Below, piece by piece: positions 37,061-47,430 of a stretch of 64,000 nt of DNA. Source of the stretch: Microbacterium sp. (GTDB taxonomy: Bacteria; Actinomycetota; Actinomycetes; Actinomycetales; Microbacteriaceae); assembly GCA_003524435.1 (NCBI GenBank), contig DQHP01000176.1, positions 1,448 to 65,447 on the forward strand. The letters run 5' to 3'. The position numbers were made by a program, and so were the translations under genes. The notes beneath the pieces are model-generated. The model searched no databases and was not told where the DNA came from. It saw only the letters and a program-made list of their open reading frames with translations. How positions within the stretch are numbered: position 1 is the first letter of the stretch; every line of letters begins with the position of its first letter.

Positions 37061-37101
37061 AAATGCGGGTATCGGAATTCACTTCCGATACCCGCATTTT
37101 T
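37061..37101 (+). terminator. Intrinsic terminator after dps
   Basis: 17-bp stem AAATGCGGGTATCGGAA/TTCCGATACCCGCATTT ending in a T run. Confidence 0.85.
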
Positions 37102-37136
37102 GCGCCAACCTTCATCCTCTAGTTGAGAGTCAAGGT

Positions 37137-38633
37137 CTATCGCTGGTGCGTGAGTCTGCCACCCAGCAGCGTCGCGAGTACCGGCATCCGTCGAAGAGTC
37201 TTTCCCTCCGCCGTTTGCGGGTCTGCGCCGCACAGCACGAGATCGGCTTTTTCGCCCGGACGCACACTGCCGCGCACGCTCGCGCTGAGCGCTTCATCAC
37301 GTGTGAGTTGCTCTTCGGGGTGCCAGGCAGGGCGCTCGTCATCTGATCTCTCAACGGCCGCGGCGATCGCCACCCACGGATCCAACGGCGCCACCGGCGC
37401 GTCCGAGCCCAGCCGCAGTTCGACACCGGCGCGCAGCAATGACGCCATCGGGTAGCCCACAGCTGTCTGCGCGGCCCAAAATCCATCGACGAGATCCCGA
37501 TCATCGAGGGCGTGCTGTGGTTGCACGCTGGCCGCCAGGCCAAGCCGTGCGATACGAGCGATATCGACGTGTCTGACCAACTGCGCATGCTCGATAGTTC
37601 CTGTCGCACCCGTTGCTGCCACAGCGTCAAGAGCGGATGCCACGGCACGGTCGCCGATCGCGTGCACGGCGACCCCGAGCCCCGCCCCTGTTGCCTCTGT
37701 CAGCAGTTCGATGAGGTCCTGCGGAGAGACATTCATCACGCCAAAGTCCGTGACGTCATCAGGGTACGGGTGCGAGCACGCGGCGGTGCGGGTACCGAGC
37801 GACCCGTCGGTGATCAACTTAAGCACACCCATGTGCACGAGGTTGTTGGCACCCGAAAGTGGTTCACCAGTTCGCAGTCCCGCAGCGATCGCCCGTGAAA
37901 GATCCGACAGGTAAACGGCGAACTCCACACGCTGCGACGCGAAACCGCCGCTGACGCGCCGAGACCATGCGTCAGCGTTCCACGCCATGTCGAAGTCAAC
38001 AATTCCCGTCACACCACGAGCCGCGGCTGCCTCGCCCGCGCGGACGACCGCACGGTCACCGTGCACGGGATCCACGGCATTCAGCCTGCGAGAGATGTCG
38101 AAAGCATCGTCTTCACGCAGCATTCCATCGGGGGACGAATAGCCCTCTCGGCGCAGCGCCGCCGAGTTCAACCAGACGCTGTGGACGTCCGCGTTGATCA
38201 GGTATGTCGGGACCTCACCGGTGGCAGCATCCAACGCCTCAAGTGTCGGAGAATCTGCCCAGAGAGCATCCCGAAAACCTGTCCCAATACGTCGACCGTC
38301 TGTCAAGACCGCGACATGTGACATCCGCGTAGCCGCCTCTGCGGCCGATTCTGTCCCACCCAGCTGTTCGCGCTCGGCCGCAAGCGCCCACTGCGTGGTG
38401 TGGACATGACTGTCCCAGAGCCCTGGCACCACCCAGCTGCCTTCGCCCTCGAGGACCGCACCACGAGCCTTGAGCGCGCCCGCAGGCGCAATGTCGATAA
38501 TCCGATCGCCCTCGATCTGAATATCGACGGGCTCGGAATCCACCAGGTATTCACGTCCGGGGCCAGCAACACGAACCTCCCGAATCAACGTCACTGCGTC
38601 GCCAAGCTCCACCGAGTCACCACGCATAGTCAT
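37137..38633 (-). CDS. Amidohydrolase 3 family protein
   Basis: PGLWDSHVH, KLITDGSLG.RTA, VHAIGD, IEHAQ, GSDAP, ADLV. Confidence 0.9.
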   Translation of the reverse strand: MTMRGDSVELGDAVTLIREVRVAGPGREYLVDSEPVDIQIEGDRIIDIAPAGALKARGAVLEGEGSWVVPGLWDSHVHTTQWALAAEREQLGGTESAAEAATRMSHVAVLTDGRRIGTGFRDALWADSPTLEALDAATGEVPTYLINADVHSVWLNSAALRREGYSSPDGMLREDDAFDISRRLNAVDPVHGDRAVVRAGEAAAARGVTGIVDFDMAWNADAWSRRVSGGFASQRVEFAVYLSDLSRAIAAGLRTGEPLSGANNLVHMGVLKLITDGSLGTRTAACSHPYPDDVTDFGVMNVSPQDLIELLTEATGAGLGVAVHAIGDRAVASALDAVAATGATGTIEHAQLVRHVDIARIARLGLAASVQPQHALDDRDLVDGFWAAQTAVGYPMASLLRAGVELRLGSDAPVAPLDPWVAIAAAVERSDDERPAWHPEEQLTRDEALSASVRGSVRPGEKADLVLCGADPQTAEGKTLRRMPVLATLLGGRLTHQR

Positions 38634-39274
38634 GCGGTGCGCCCTGGCTGTGCGTCCTGTGCACGGCGCATCTCAGCTGCGAGCGCCGGATTCGCATAGA
38701 CGCCATCGCCTTGCAACTCAGCGATCACGTTCTCAACGGTTGCAGCATCCTTGTTCTGGCTCAATTTGCGCTTCGCGACAACTCGAGTCGGCGTGAGGCG
38801 GAACCCCACGGTGCCCGCTGCGAGCCGTCGAACAAAGGCCTCATCATTCGGACGTTTCCACATGAGTCTCGGATCCGGAAGCTGCCCTTCGAAACGCTCG
38901 ACCAGTCGGTCAAGAACTCGAAGATTCTCCTCATCGCTCAGAATCTCCGGCACTCCAGAAAGATGAACTGCGGTGTAATTCCATGTGGGTACAGCCTTGG
39001 TCTCGGCGTCGTACCAGCCGGGCGATACATAGCCGTGCGGTCCTTGGAACACGACGAGCAGCTCGCGCTCCCCCATCTCATGAATCAGATCATCCGGACG
39101 CCCGACGTGTCCGACGATCGTGAGATCATCTCGATCCTCGTCGAGCAGCATGACGTAGTGCGAGGCAACCTGACCGTCGGCTGTTGTGCTGACGATCGTG
39201 GTCCACGGATTCTGATCGATCACACGGCGCATCTCGGCGACATCCGCCAGAGTGAAACTCGGATTTTGACGCAT
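38630..39274 (-). CDS. PaiB-family split-barrel protein (FMN-binding negative regulator family)
   Basis: FQGPHGYVSPGWY, VPTWNY.AVH, KLSQNK. Confidence 0.9.
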   Translation of the reverse strand: MRQNPSFTLADVAEMRRVIDQNPWTTIVSTTADGQVASHYVMLLDEDRDDLTIVGHVGRPDDLIHEMGERELLVVFQGPHGYVSPGWYDAETKAVPTWNYTAVHLSGVPEILSDEENLRVLDRLVERFEGQLPDPRLMWKRPNDEAFVRRLAAGTVGFRLTPTRVVAKRKLSQNKDAATVENVIAELQGDGVYANPALAAEMRRAQDAQPGRTA

Positions 39275-39322
39275 GATCTCAGCCTAAGACCGATACCGGG
39301 CGCCGCAGCCCTCCAGCCACCG

Positions 39323-40801
39323 TCAGTGTCGCTTGGGCAGTGGAATTGCCTGCGTCTTCCATTCCTCCCAGCCCGGTGTATCCGTCATGAATGCATCGAT
39401 CTCTTCCTTCGAGGCGCGCAGTTTCGGGTCGTTATCCAGATACTTCTTAGTCTCGCGCGCTACGAGACCCGACAGCACCAGCAGCCCGATCAGGTTCGGG
39501 AACGCCATCAGACCGTTCATGACGTCAGAGAATGCCCATACAACGCCCAACTGCACGGTGCACCCGACAAAGACCACGAGCGAGAAAATGATGCGGAACG
39601 GCATGACGGCACGTCGTCCGAACAACCGCTCGACGTTTCGCTCGCCGTAATAGGACCACCCGAGGATCGTTGACGCGGCAAACAGCACGAGACCGATTGT
39701 GACGATGATGTGCCCCCAGTCTCCGGGGAGCCCGTGAGAGAAGGCTGCCCCCGTCATCAACGCCGCGCTGATCTGCTCTCCCGTTTCAGGATCGATCTCG
39801 TTCCAGGTGCCTGTGGCCACGATAACCAGCCCTGTGCAGGAGACGACGATGATGGTGTCGATGAAGGTCTGTGTCATCGATACGAGGCCCTGACGCACCG
39901 GGTGACTTGTCTTCGCTGCGGCAGCGGCAATAGCAGCCGATCCCATCCCGGATTCGTTCGAGAAAATACCGCGCGCGACACCAAACTGCACAGCGATGAT
40001 GATCGCCGAGCCGGCAAAACCGCCGACAGCACTTGTGCCCGTGAAAGCTTCCGAGAAGATCTGCGCGAATGCCGCGGGCAGTTCTCCCACGTTGACGATC
40101 AAAATGTACAGGGCACCCAGCACATAGAAGATGATCATGATCGGAACGAGTCCTGCGGTCACCCGTCCGATCGACTTGATTCCACCGATCAATACCACGA
40201 TCGCGAAGACCGTCAGGATAATTCCCGTGATCCAGGTAGGCACTCCGAAGCTCGCTTCGACATTCGATGAGATCGAGTTGCCCTGCGTCATATTCCCGAT
40301 GCCAAAGCACGCGATGATCGCGAAGACGGCAAAGGAGAGACCGAGAATCTTTCCGAACGGACCGGGGATACCTCGCTCGAGGTAATACTGCGGTCCGCCA
40401 GACTTTTCACCCGCGGCATCTGTCGTTCGAAAGCGCACACCAAGGAACGCTTCCGAGTATTTCGAGGCCATACCGAGAAGGCCAGTGACCCACATCCAGA
40501 ACAGGGCGCCCGGTCCGCCGATACCGATAGCTGTTGCGACACCGACGATATTTCCGGTGCCGACGGTCGCCGCGAGGGCCGTGGTCAGCGCCTGGAACTG
40601 CGAAATGTCGCCGTCAGCGCCTGGGTCCTTCCTCGTGAAGAGCCCCAAACGAAGAGCGGAGCCCAGCCGGAGGAACTGCAATCCCCCGAGCCTGATAGTG
40701 AGGTAGAGCCCGGTGCCGAGCAATAGCGGTATGAGGAAGAACGGTCCCCACACGATTGCGCTAATTGCCTTGAGTACGGTTTCGAGCCCAGTGAGGTCCA
40801 T
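39323..40801 (-). CDS. Alanine/glycine:cation symporter (AGCS)
   Basis: ALAATVGTGNIVGVA, GGPGALFWMW, GGP.YY, RGIFSNESGMGS, FIDTI. Confidence 0.95.
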   Translation of the reverse strand: MDLTGLETVLKAISAIVWGPFFLIPLLLGTGLYLTIRLGGLQFLRLGSALRLGLFTRKDPGADGDISQFQALTTALAATVGTGNIVGVATAIGIGGPGALFWMWVTGLLGMASKYSEAFLGVRFRTTDAAGEKSGGPQYYLERGIPGPFGKILGLSFAVFAIIACFGIGNMTQGNSISSNVEASFGVPTWITGIILTVFAIVVLIGGIKSIGRVTAGLVPIMIIFYVLGALYILIVNVGELPAAFAQIFSEAFTGTSAVGGFAGSAIIIAVQFGVARGIFSNESGMGSAAIAAAAAKTSHPVRQGLVSMTQTFIDTIIVVSCTGLVIVATGTWNEIDPETGEQISAALMTGAAFSHGLPGDWGHIIVTIGLVLFAASTILGWSYYGERNVERLFGRRAVMPFRIIFSLVVFVGCTVQLGVVWAFSDVMNGLMAFPNLIGLLVLSGLVARETKKYLDNDPKLRASKEEIDAFMTDTPGWEEWKTQAIPLPKRH

Positions 40802-40890
40802 CACATCTCCTGTCAGTGCGCCAGTGCAGCGAATCGGGCCAGCCTAGTGGCGCGTGAGCGAAGAGTGAAGTAACGCCGTGCAGTTCGGGC

Positions 40891-41895
40891 TCAGCCCTGG
40901 CACCTGGGGCACCAGTAGAGCTTTCGGGCGCCGATCTCCTCCAGCACGATCTCGGTTCCACACGTACGGCACGGCAGGCCAGCCCGGTGATAAACCCAGT
41001 GCCGGTCATCCCTGCTTGCCATGGCAGCCCGATACTGCGCAGGGTCCAGGTCGTCCATCGTCATCATCTGACCGGTCTCGACGCCGATCGTCAGGAGCCG
41101 GTCCCAGTCGTGCCAGAGGGCGCGCACCAGCTCTTCAGGGACGTCTCGTCCTCGAATGTGCGGATTCAGCCGCGCCCGGTAGAGCATCTCTGCACGATAG
41201 ACATTGCCGATGCCACTCACGACGGCCTGATCCATCAGGAGCAATGCAATCGGTGTGGCCCGCTTTCGCACAGCCTGCACGAAGCGCGCCTCGTTCTCAG
41301 CGGCGTCGCCCACAAGCGGATCGGGACCGAGTTTCGCGACGCTGGCAAGCATCTCATCGGGCGTCTGCAACACGCACGCGGTAGGGCCACGAAGGTCAGC
41401 AGCGGTGATGTCAGTCATCAGGCGCAACCGTACTTGTCCCACGACCGGCGGCGGCCACTCCGCTCCTTCGTCAGCGAGACCCTTGGTCTGCTCTGACATG
41501 CGCACGTGCACGCGCGCGCGCCGTGGGGCTCCAATCGACGCGAGAGAGTTCTCCCCCGCGGCGTCGAGAATCGGCGTCTGTTCGTCGAGGTCTGTGCCGC
41601 GCTGATTCGTCTGCCCCATCCGCCCGTTCGCCGAAGCGATGGTCGGATCCAGCAGAATTTCACCGGCGAAATCCCACGCACCGTAGAGGCCCAGGTGCAC
41701 TCGCAGCCACAGATCACCCTCGGTCTCGAGAAACATCTGCTTGCCTACTGCTTTGACGCTCAGTGCCTCACGGCCATCGAGCAGTTCAGCGCCCTCAGCG
41801 AATCGTCCTTGCGGGCTCGATGCATGCACCGTCTTACCGATGAAATTACGATCGAATTGCCGGGCGATCCTATGGACGGAATGTCCCTCAGGCAT
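40891..41895 (-). CDS. nei: Fpg/Nei family DNA glycosylase
   Basis: N-terminal MPEG, HLGLYG, H2TH LLMDQ..VSGIGNVYRAE, zinc finger CRTC..WCPRCQ. Confidence 0.93.
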   Translation of the reverse strand: MPEGHSVHRIARQFDRNFIGKTVHASSPQGRFAEGAELLDGREALSVKAVGKQMFLETEGDLWLRVHLGLYGAWDFAGEILLDPTIASANGRMGQTNQRGTDLDEQTPILDAAGENSLASIGAPRRARVHVRMSEQTKGLADEGAEWPPPVVGQVRLRLMTDITAADLRGPTACVLQTPDEMLASVAKLGPDPLVGDAAENEARFVQAVRKRATPIALLLMDQAVVSGIGNVYRAEMLYRARLNPHIRGRDVPEELVRALWHDWDRLLTIGVETGQMMTMDDLDPAQYRAAMASRDDRHWVYHRAGLPCRTCGTEIVLEEIGARKLYWCPRCQG

Positions 41896-41896
41896 C

Positions 41897-42382
41897 TCAG
41901 CCTCGAGGGTCCGGCAGCAGTGAACCGTCTCGCTCGAAATCAGCAATCTGGCCGATTCGACGCGCGTGACGTTCCTCATCGGAAAAGGGCGTACCGATGA
42001 AGCGATCAATAAAGGAGACGACCTCTTCGAATGTGTGCTGGCGTGCACCAATCGAGATCACGTTGGCGTCGTTGTGCTCACGCGCAAGTTCCGCGGTCGA
42101 AAGGTTCCACACCAGCGCGGCACGCACGCCCTGTACTTTGTTCGCCGCGATCTGCTCGCCGTTGCCAGATCCCCCGAAGACAATACCCAGCGCCTCGATA
42201 CTCGCGGACTGATCAGCGACAACGGCCTGCGCAGCACGAATGCAGAACGCCGGGTAGTCATCGAGAGCGTCATATTCGACCGGACCGTGGTCGGTGACAT
42301 CGTGTCCTGCTGAGCGCAGGTGTGCTTGCAGCTGGGTGGAAAATTCCAGTCCCGCGTGGTCTGTGGCGATATGGATGCGCAT
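41897..42382 (-). CDS. rpiB: Ribose-5-phosphate isomerase B
   Basis: ATDHAG, DDYP, GGSGNGE.IAANKV, AREHNDAN, RHARRI. Confidence 0.95.
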   Translation of the reverse strand: MRIHIATDHAGLEFSTQLQAHLRSAGHDVTDHGPVEYDALDDYPAFCIRAAQAVVADQSASIEALGIVFGGSGNGEQIAANKVQGVRAALVWNLSTAELAREHNDANVISIGARQHTFEEVVSFIDRFIGTPFSDEERHARRIGQIADFERDGSLLPDPRG

Positions 42383-42401
42383 GCCCACCATCCTAGAAGC
42401 G

Positions 42402-43583
42402 TTACGGAGCGATTCCGGCGGCGGCCGGTTTGAAGCCCAGGCGAACGTTCTCGCAATCGCCAGGTCGCGAGACGTCGTACCAGGGACCAAGGTCGGTCAT
42501 ATGCGGTCGTTCGGCGGCGGGTGTGCCTTCGACCCTCTCGAGAACAAGATCAATCAGACCCGCGACAAAAGCGGGGTGCGTTCCAGGGGTCTGCGTGCGG
42601 ACCGCGGGCAAACCAGCTTCAGCGGCGGCCTCCATCGCCTCGGTATCAAGGTCCCACATCACTTCCATGTGATCACTGACGAACCCGAGTGGGACGATAA
42701 CGACCGCTTTCGCTCCGGCCTCCGGGAGCGTGGCGATGACGTCGTTGATGTCGGGCTCTAGCCAAGGCTGAGCGGGCGGTCCAGAGCGGGATTGGAAAAC
42801 CAGTTGCCAGGGCACGGTCGTGCCGCCGGTCTTTGCGGCGAGATTCTCAATGATGTGCGCGGCCACCGCATTGTGCTGCGCCGCATAGGCGCCGCCCTCA
42901 CCCCAATCCACATCGCGCGGGCCAGAGCGCTCAGCATCCGCGGTGGGAATCGAGTGGGTCGAGAAAAGTACGTGGATGTCGGATGCCGCAATTCCCTGTT
43001 CCAGGAAGCCCTCGACCGCGGCATCCACACCTTCTTGGAAAGGTCGCACGAACCCGGGGTGGTCGAAGAAAAGCCGCACTTTATCCGCCGTCACGCGATC
43101 TTCAAGACCCGCCTGAGTAATCGCGTTCGCGATGTCTTCGCGATACTGACGATCACTCGAGTACGAGCTGTAAGCACTGGTCGCCAGCACCAGCAGCGTG
43201 GAGTGCCCTGCGTCAGCCGCTTCTGTGAATGCCTCATCGAGATACGGCCCCCAGTTACGGTTTCCCCAATACACCGGCAGGTCGATGCCGCGAGTTGCGA
43301 GCTCCGCTTCGAGTGCCGATTTCAGCTGCCGGTTCTGGTCGTTGATAGGGCTGATTCCGCCGAAATGGCGGTAGTGATGCGCGACCTCTTCGAGTCGTTC
43401 ATCAGGAATGCCACGCCCGCGCGTCACATTACGCAAGAAGGGGATCACATCGTCCTGGCCCTCTGGACCGCCGAAGCTTGCAAGAACCAGGGCGTCATAG
43501 GCGACAGGCGTCTCGATAAACGCATCACCGCCCGCCGCAGCGGCAGAGGCGAACGGGACAGCGGAAGAAGGGTTCACAGTCAC
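42402..43583 (-). CDS. hemH: Ferrochelatase (coproporphyrin ferrochelatase in actinobacteria)
   Basis: SFGGPEG, HY..FGG.SPIN, FSTHSIP, QSRSG..WLEPD, GFVSDHMEV.WDLD. Confidence 0.95.
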   Translation of the reverse strand: MTVNPSSAVPFASAAAAGGDAFIETPVAYDALVLASFGGPEGQDDVIPFLRNVTRGRGIPDERLEEVAHHYRHFGGISPINDQNRQLKSALEAELATRGIDLPVYWGNRNWGPYLDEAFTEAADAGHSTLLVLATSAYSSYSSDRQYREDIANAITQAGLEDRVTADKVRLFFDHPGFVRPFQEGVDAAVEGFLEQGIAASDIHVLFSTHSIPTADAERSGPRDVDWGEGGAYAAQHNAVAAHIIENLAAKTGGTTVPWQLVFQSRSGPPAQPWLEPDINDVIATLPEAGAKAVVIVPLGFVSDHMEVMWDLDTEAMEAAAEAGLPAVRTQTPGTHPAFVAGLIDLVLERVEGTPAAERPHMTDLGPWYDVSRPGDCENVRLGFKPAAAGIAP

Positions 43584-43706
43584 CTCCTCATCCTTTCATC
43601 TCTTCGTGCTCGTGGAGTGCGTCCTGGCGTAGGCTGTCATGGTTGCCGTCGGCGCCAGCCGCGCCGATCCTCGGTAGCTACCCCTGACCCCCTGGGAGAA
43701 TTAGCT

Positions 43707-46274
43707 GTGCCTGGAGAGAACCTCACCCGAATCGAAGCGCAAGAGCGTCGCGATCTCATAGACACCGAGTCATACGAGATCTCACTCGACTTGACCAAGG
43801 GCGCCGAGGTCTTCGGATCCCGTAGCGTCGTACGCTTCAGCGCGAAGCCGGGAAGCTTCACTTTCATCGACCTCATCGCACGTGAAGTGCGAGAGATCTC
43901 GCTCAACGGCGAGCAGCTCGACCCCGACCATGTCTTTGCCGACTCCCGCATCGCTCTGTCCGGGCTACAGGAAGAAAACGTCCTCGTTGTTGACGCGGAC
44001 TGCCTGTACACCAACACTGGTGAGGGCCTGCATCGTTTCGTCGACCCAGTCGACGATGAGGTCTATCTCTATTCGCAGTTCGAGGTGCCCGACTCGCGAC
44101 GTGTGTTCGCGGTTTTCGAACAGCCCGATTTGAAGGCAACGTTCCAGTTCACCGTCAGCGGACCTGACACGTGGAAGGTTGTCTCCAACTCCCCCACGCC
44201 CGAACCCATCCTTCACGATGAGAGCTCGACGGCAACCTGGGGCTTTGAGCCCACTCCTCGAATCTCCTCATACATCACGGCGCTCGTTGCAGGTCCGTAT
44301 GAGGCCACGTTCTCAGAGCTCACCAGCTCCTCCGGAGAGGTGATTCCGCTCGGTGTTTACGGTCGCAAGAGCCTCTGGCAGCATCTCGATGCGGACTACA
44401 TCTTCGACAAGACACGCGAGGGCTTTGCCTACTTTGAAGAGAAGTTCGGCGTGCCTTACCCGTTCGCAAAGTACGACCAGCTTTTCGTACCGGAGTTCAA
44501 CGCCGGCGCGATGGAGAATGCGGGCGCCGTAACTTTCACGGAGACCTACGTTTTCCGAAGCAAGGTGACGGATGCTGTGAAAGAGCGCCGCGTCGTCACG
44601 ATCCTGCATGAGCTTGCGCACATGTGGTTCGGCGATCTTGTCACCATGAAGTGGTGGAACGACCTCTGGCTGAACGAATCGTTCGCGGAATGGGCCTCGA
44701 CCATCGCCACTGCAGAGGCTACCGAGTGGACCGAAGCGTGGACCACGTTCAACGCCATGGAGAAGACATGGGCATACCGCCAGGATCAGCTCCCCTCGAC
44801 TCACCCGATCGTCGCCGAGATCAACGATCTCGAAGACGTCTACGTGAACTTCGACGGCATCACCTATGCCAAGGGCGGTTCCGTTCTCAAGCAGCTCGCC
44901 GCGTGGGTCGGAATCGATGCCTTCTTCGCCGGCGTCGGCCAGTACTTCAAGAAGCACGCGTGGGGCAATACCGAAGTCGCTGATTTGCTGGCCGAACTTG
45001 AGGCCACAAGTGGTCGCGACCTGGGAAGCTGGGCGAAGAAGTGGCTCGAGACAGCGGGCGTGAACACCCTCTCCCCTGTCATCGCTGAAGATGTCGATGG
45101 CCTCATCACGCGCTTCGCGGTCACCCAGACGGCGCCGGCTGACTACCCGACAATTCGCCCACACCGCCTCGGCATCGGTTTCTACAACCTTGTTGACGGT
45201 TCACTCACGCGCACACACTACGCCGAGGTTGACGTGGATGGTGACCGCACAGAGGTGCCGGAGCTTCAGGGGACAAAACGCCCCGACCTCGTGCTCCTCA
45301 ACGACAACGATCTCGCTTACGCGAAGATCCGTCTCGATGAGCGTTCGCTGGCCACTGCGATCGCTCATCTCGGTGCGATCGCAGATCCGCTGGCGCGCTC
45401 GATCGTCTGGGGCGCCGCGTGGGATCAGACCCGCGACGCCGAGAGTGCAGCATCCGATTACCTGGATCTCGTGCTCGGCAACATTGGTCGCGAGACCGAG
45501 TCGACCACGGTGCGCACCACGCTCGCACAGCTGCGGACAGCGGCGACGCTCTACGTAACCCCGGCCGATCAGCAAGCCGCCCGGTTGAAGATCGCTGACG
45601 GGCTGTGGGACCTTGCTCAGAACGCCCCTGCGGGCAGCGACAGCCAACTGCAGTTCGTCACGGCGTTCGCCGGCGCACTGGCAACGAGCGAACATGCAGG
45701 GATCATTGGACGACTGCGCTCAGGCGAAGACACTCTGCCTGGCCTTGAGATCGACACTGACCTGTCGTGGCAGTTGCTTGTTGGTCTTGCTTCAATCGGC
45801 GCTACGGATGCTGCTTCCATCGATGCTGCCCTCGCCGCCGATAACACGTCAAAGGGCGCAGAATTTGCCGCTCTCGCACGCGCTGCACTGCCCACGGTCG
45901 CTGATAAGCGCATCGCTTGGGCGTCGCTGATCGACAATGCAGATCTGCCCAACACGATCGTTCGTTCTGCGGCGGCAGGTTTTGTCCACCCGAACAGTGC
46001 CGCAGTGCTCGAGGGGTTCGCGCAGGACTACTTCGACATGCTGCTGCCGATCTGGGAGTCACGCACTTACCAGATTGCGAACTACCTCATCGTCGGGCTC
46101 TATCCGACCGTGTTGGCAAACACCGAACTGCGCGATGCCACCCGTGCATGGCTGTCCGAGCACGCTGATGCAGCGCCCGCACTCCGGCGGCTTGTCAGCG
46201 AGGGCTTGGCCGACGTCGAGCGCGCGCTCGCCGCCCAGGCACGCGATGCGGAAGACCCCGACGCAGAAGACTGA
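43707..46274 (+). CDS. pepN: Aminopeptidase N (M1 family)
   Basis: PGENLTRIEA, GAMEN, HELAHMWFG..WLNESFA, TYAKG; start GTG 43707 with GGGAG RBS. Confidence 0.96.
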   Translation: MPGENLTRIEAQERRDLIDTESYEISLDLTKGAEVFGSRSVVRFSAKPGSFTFIDLIAREVREISLNGEQLDPDHVFADSRIALSGLQEENVLVVDADCLYTNTGEGLHRFVDPVDDEVYLYSQFEVPDSRRVFAVFEQPDLKATFQFTVSGPDTWKVVSNSPTPEPILHDESSTATWGFEPTPRISSYITALVAGPYEATFSELTSSSGEVIPLGVYGRKSLWQHLDADYIFDKTREGFAYFEEKFGVPYPFAKYDQLFVPEFNAGAMENAGAVTFTETYVFRSKVTDAVKERRVVTILHELAHMWFGDLVTMKWWNDLWLNESFAEWASTIATAEATEWTEAWTTFNAMEKTWAYRQDQLPSTHPIVAEINDLEDVYVNFDGITYAKGGSVLKQLAAWVGIDAFFAGVGQYFKKHAWGNTEVADLLAELEATSGRDLGSWAKKWLETAGVNTLSPVIAEDVDGLITRFAVTQTAPADYPTIRPHRLGIGFYNLVDGSLTRTHYAEVDVDGDRTEVPELQGTKRPDLVLLNDNDLAYAKIRLDERSLATAIAHLGAIADPLARSIVWGAAWDQTRDAESAASDYLDLVLGNIGRETESTTVRTTLAQLRTAATLYVTPADQQAARLKIADGLWDLAQNAPAGSDSQLQFVTAFAGALATSEHAGIIGRLRSGEDTLPGLEIDTDLSWQLLVGLASIGATDAASIDAALAADNTSKGAEFAALARAALPTVADKRIAWASLIDNADLPNTIVRSAAAGFVHPNSAAVLEGFAQDYFDMLLPIWESRTYQIANYLIVGLYPTVLANTELRDATRAWLSEHADAAPALRRLVSEGLADVERALAAQARDAEDPDAED

Positions 46275-46286
46275 ACTGGAGTCTTC

Positions 46287-46333
46287 GATAGGGCCTCTGT
46301 GTCGCGCTCTCCAGCCGGTACAGAGGCCCTATC
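46287..46333 (+). terminator. Hairpin after pepN
   Basis: GATAGGGCCTCTGT...ACAGAGGCCCTATC. Confidence 0.7.
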
Positions 46334-46347
46334 GCTAGAATTGGGCC

Positions 46348-47430
46348 GTGCTGAACCTTCTGATGGACACGTCCGACCCCCCTGTTGCACCGGACGTCAG
46401 CACCGCGTGGACCACGTTCCTCGCAATACTCGGGCGCATCGGAGAAAAAGCTCTCCAGGTCGCGATCATTCTCGTTGTTGCAATTGTCATCGGATTCATC
46501 CTGCGTGTGGTCATCCGCCGCGTCGTGCAGCGCATTGTCAACACGGCAAAGTCGAAGGCAAAGGTCGATGACACCCAGGCGCTAGAGCGCTCACCTCTCG
46601 CCGATATGCGGCTCATTCAACGCACCCGCACGCTCGGGTCGATTCTGCAGAACATCATCAACACGATCCTTGTGGTGATTGTGCTGCTGTTGATCGTCTG
46701 GTCCCTCTCTCCCGCATTGCTAAGCTCGCTGACGCTATTGACAGCAGCTGTCGGTGCGGGTCTCGGTTTCGGCGCGCAGAACATCGTCAAAGACGTGTTG
46801 AACGGGCTCTTCATCGTCGCGGAGGACCAGATTGGTATCGGCGATGTCGTCGATACCGGGCTCGCCAGCGGCGTTGTTGAGCATGTGAGTGTGCGCGTCA
46901 CGCAGATCCGTGATGTCAATGGAACACTCTGGTATGTCCGAAACGGGGAGATCGTCCGCATCGGAAACATGTCGCAGGGCTGGGCGCGGGCGATCATCGA
47001 TCTCGGTGTGCCAGTCGACGCAGATGTCGACGACGTAGAAGCCGCGCTCCTGACCGCGGCACAGGAACTGGCCAAAGATCCCAAGTGGCGTACCCGCATC
47101 ATCGAAGCCCCCGAGGTGTGGGGGCTGGAGTCTGTATCTGGTGACGCGCTCGTCATCCGCATCGTGCTCAAGACGAGGGCCAACGCGAAAGACGATGTGG
47201 CGCGTGAATTGCGCATGCGCTTAAGGGAAGCTATTTCGGGGTTGGGTCTCGACCTTCCGAGCCTGGTATCCGTGACGCCCACAGGGCTGGAAGGCGCCCG
47301 CCGGGTGCGCGGTGCGAATCCGCCTCGAACGAAGCCCAACCCGATCACTGGAGTGCCTCCGATCGCCAGAGGCATTTGGCGTAAAAAGAACTCTGCTTCC
47401 GATTCCGACACCAGCAAGGACAACAAATGA
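46348..47430 (+). CDS. mscS: Small-conductance mechanosensitive channel
   Basis: GLGFGAQNIVKD, EDQIGIGD, G.VE.V.VR.T.IRD.NG, NGEI; TAGAAT 6 nt before the GTG. Confidence 0.9.
   Translation: MLNLLMDTSDPPVAPDVSTAWTTFLAILGRIGEKALQVAIILVVAIVIGFILRVVIRRVVQRIVNTAKSKAKVDDTQALERSPLADMRLIQRTRTLGSILQNIINTILVVIVLLLIVWSLSPALLSSLTLLTAAVGAGLGFGAQNIVKDVLNGLFIVAEDQIGIGDVVDTGLASGVVEHVSVRVTQIRDVNGTLWYVRNGEIVRIGNMSQGWARAIIDLGVPVDADVDDVEAALLTAAQELAKDPKWRTRIIEAPEVWGLESVSGDALVIRIVLKTRANAKDDVARELRMRLREAISGLGLDLPSLVSVTPTGLEGARRVRGANPPRTKPNPITGVPPIARGIWRKKNSASDSDTSKDNK

Noticed and set aside
42792..43706. 305-aa N-terminal extension of PepN in the ORF track, suggesting a fusion
   Set aside because: It is the antisense of hemH; the real start is GTG 43707 with an RBS.
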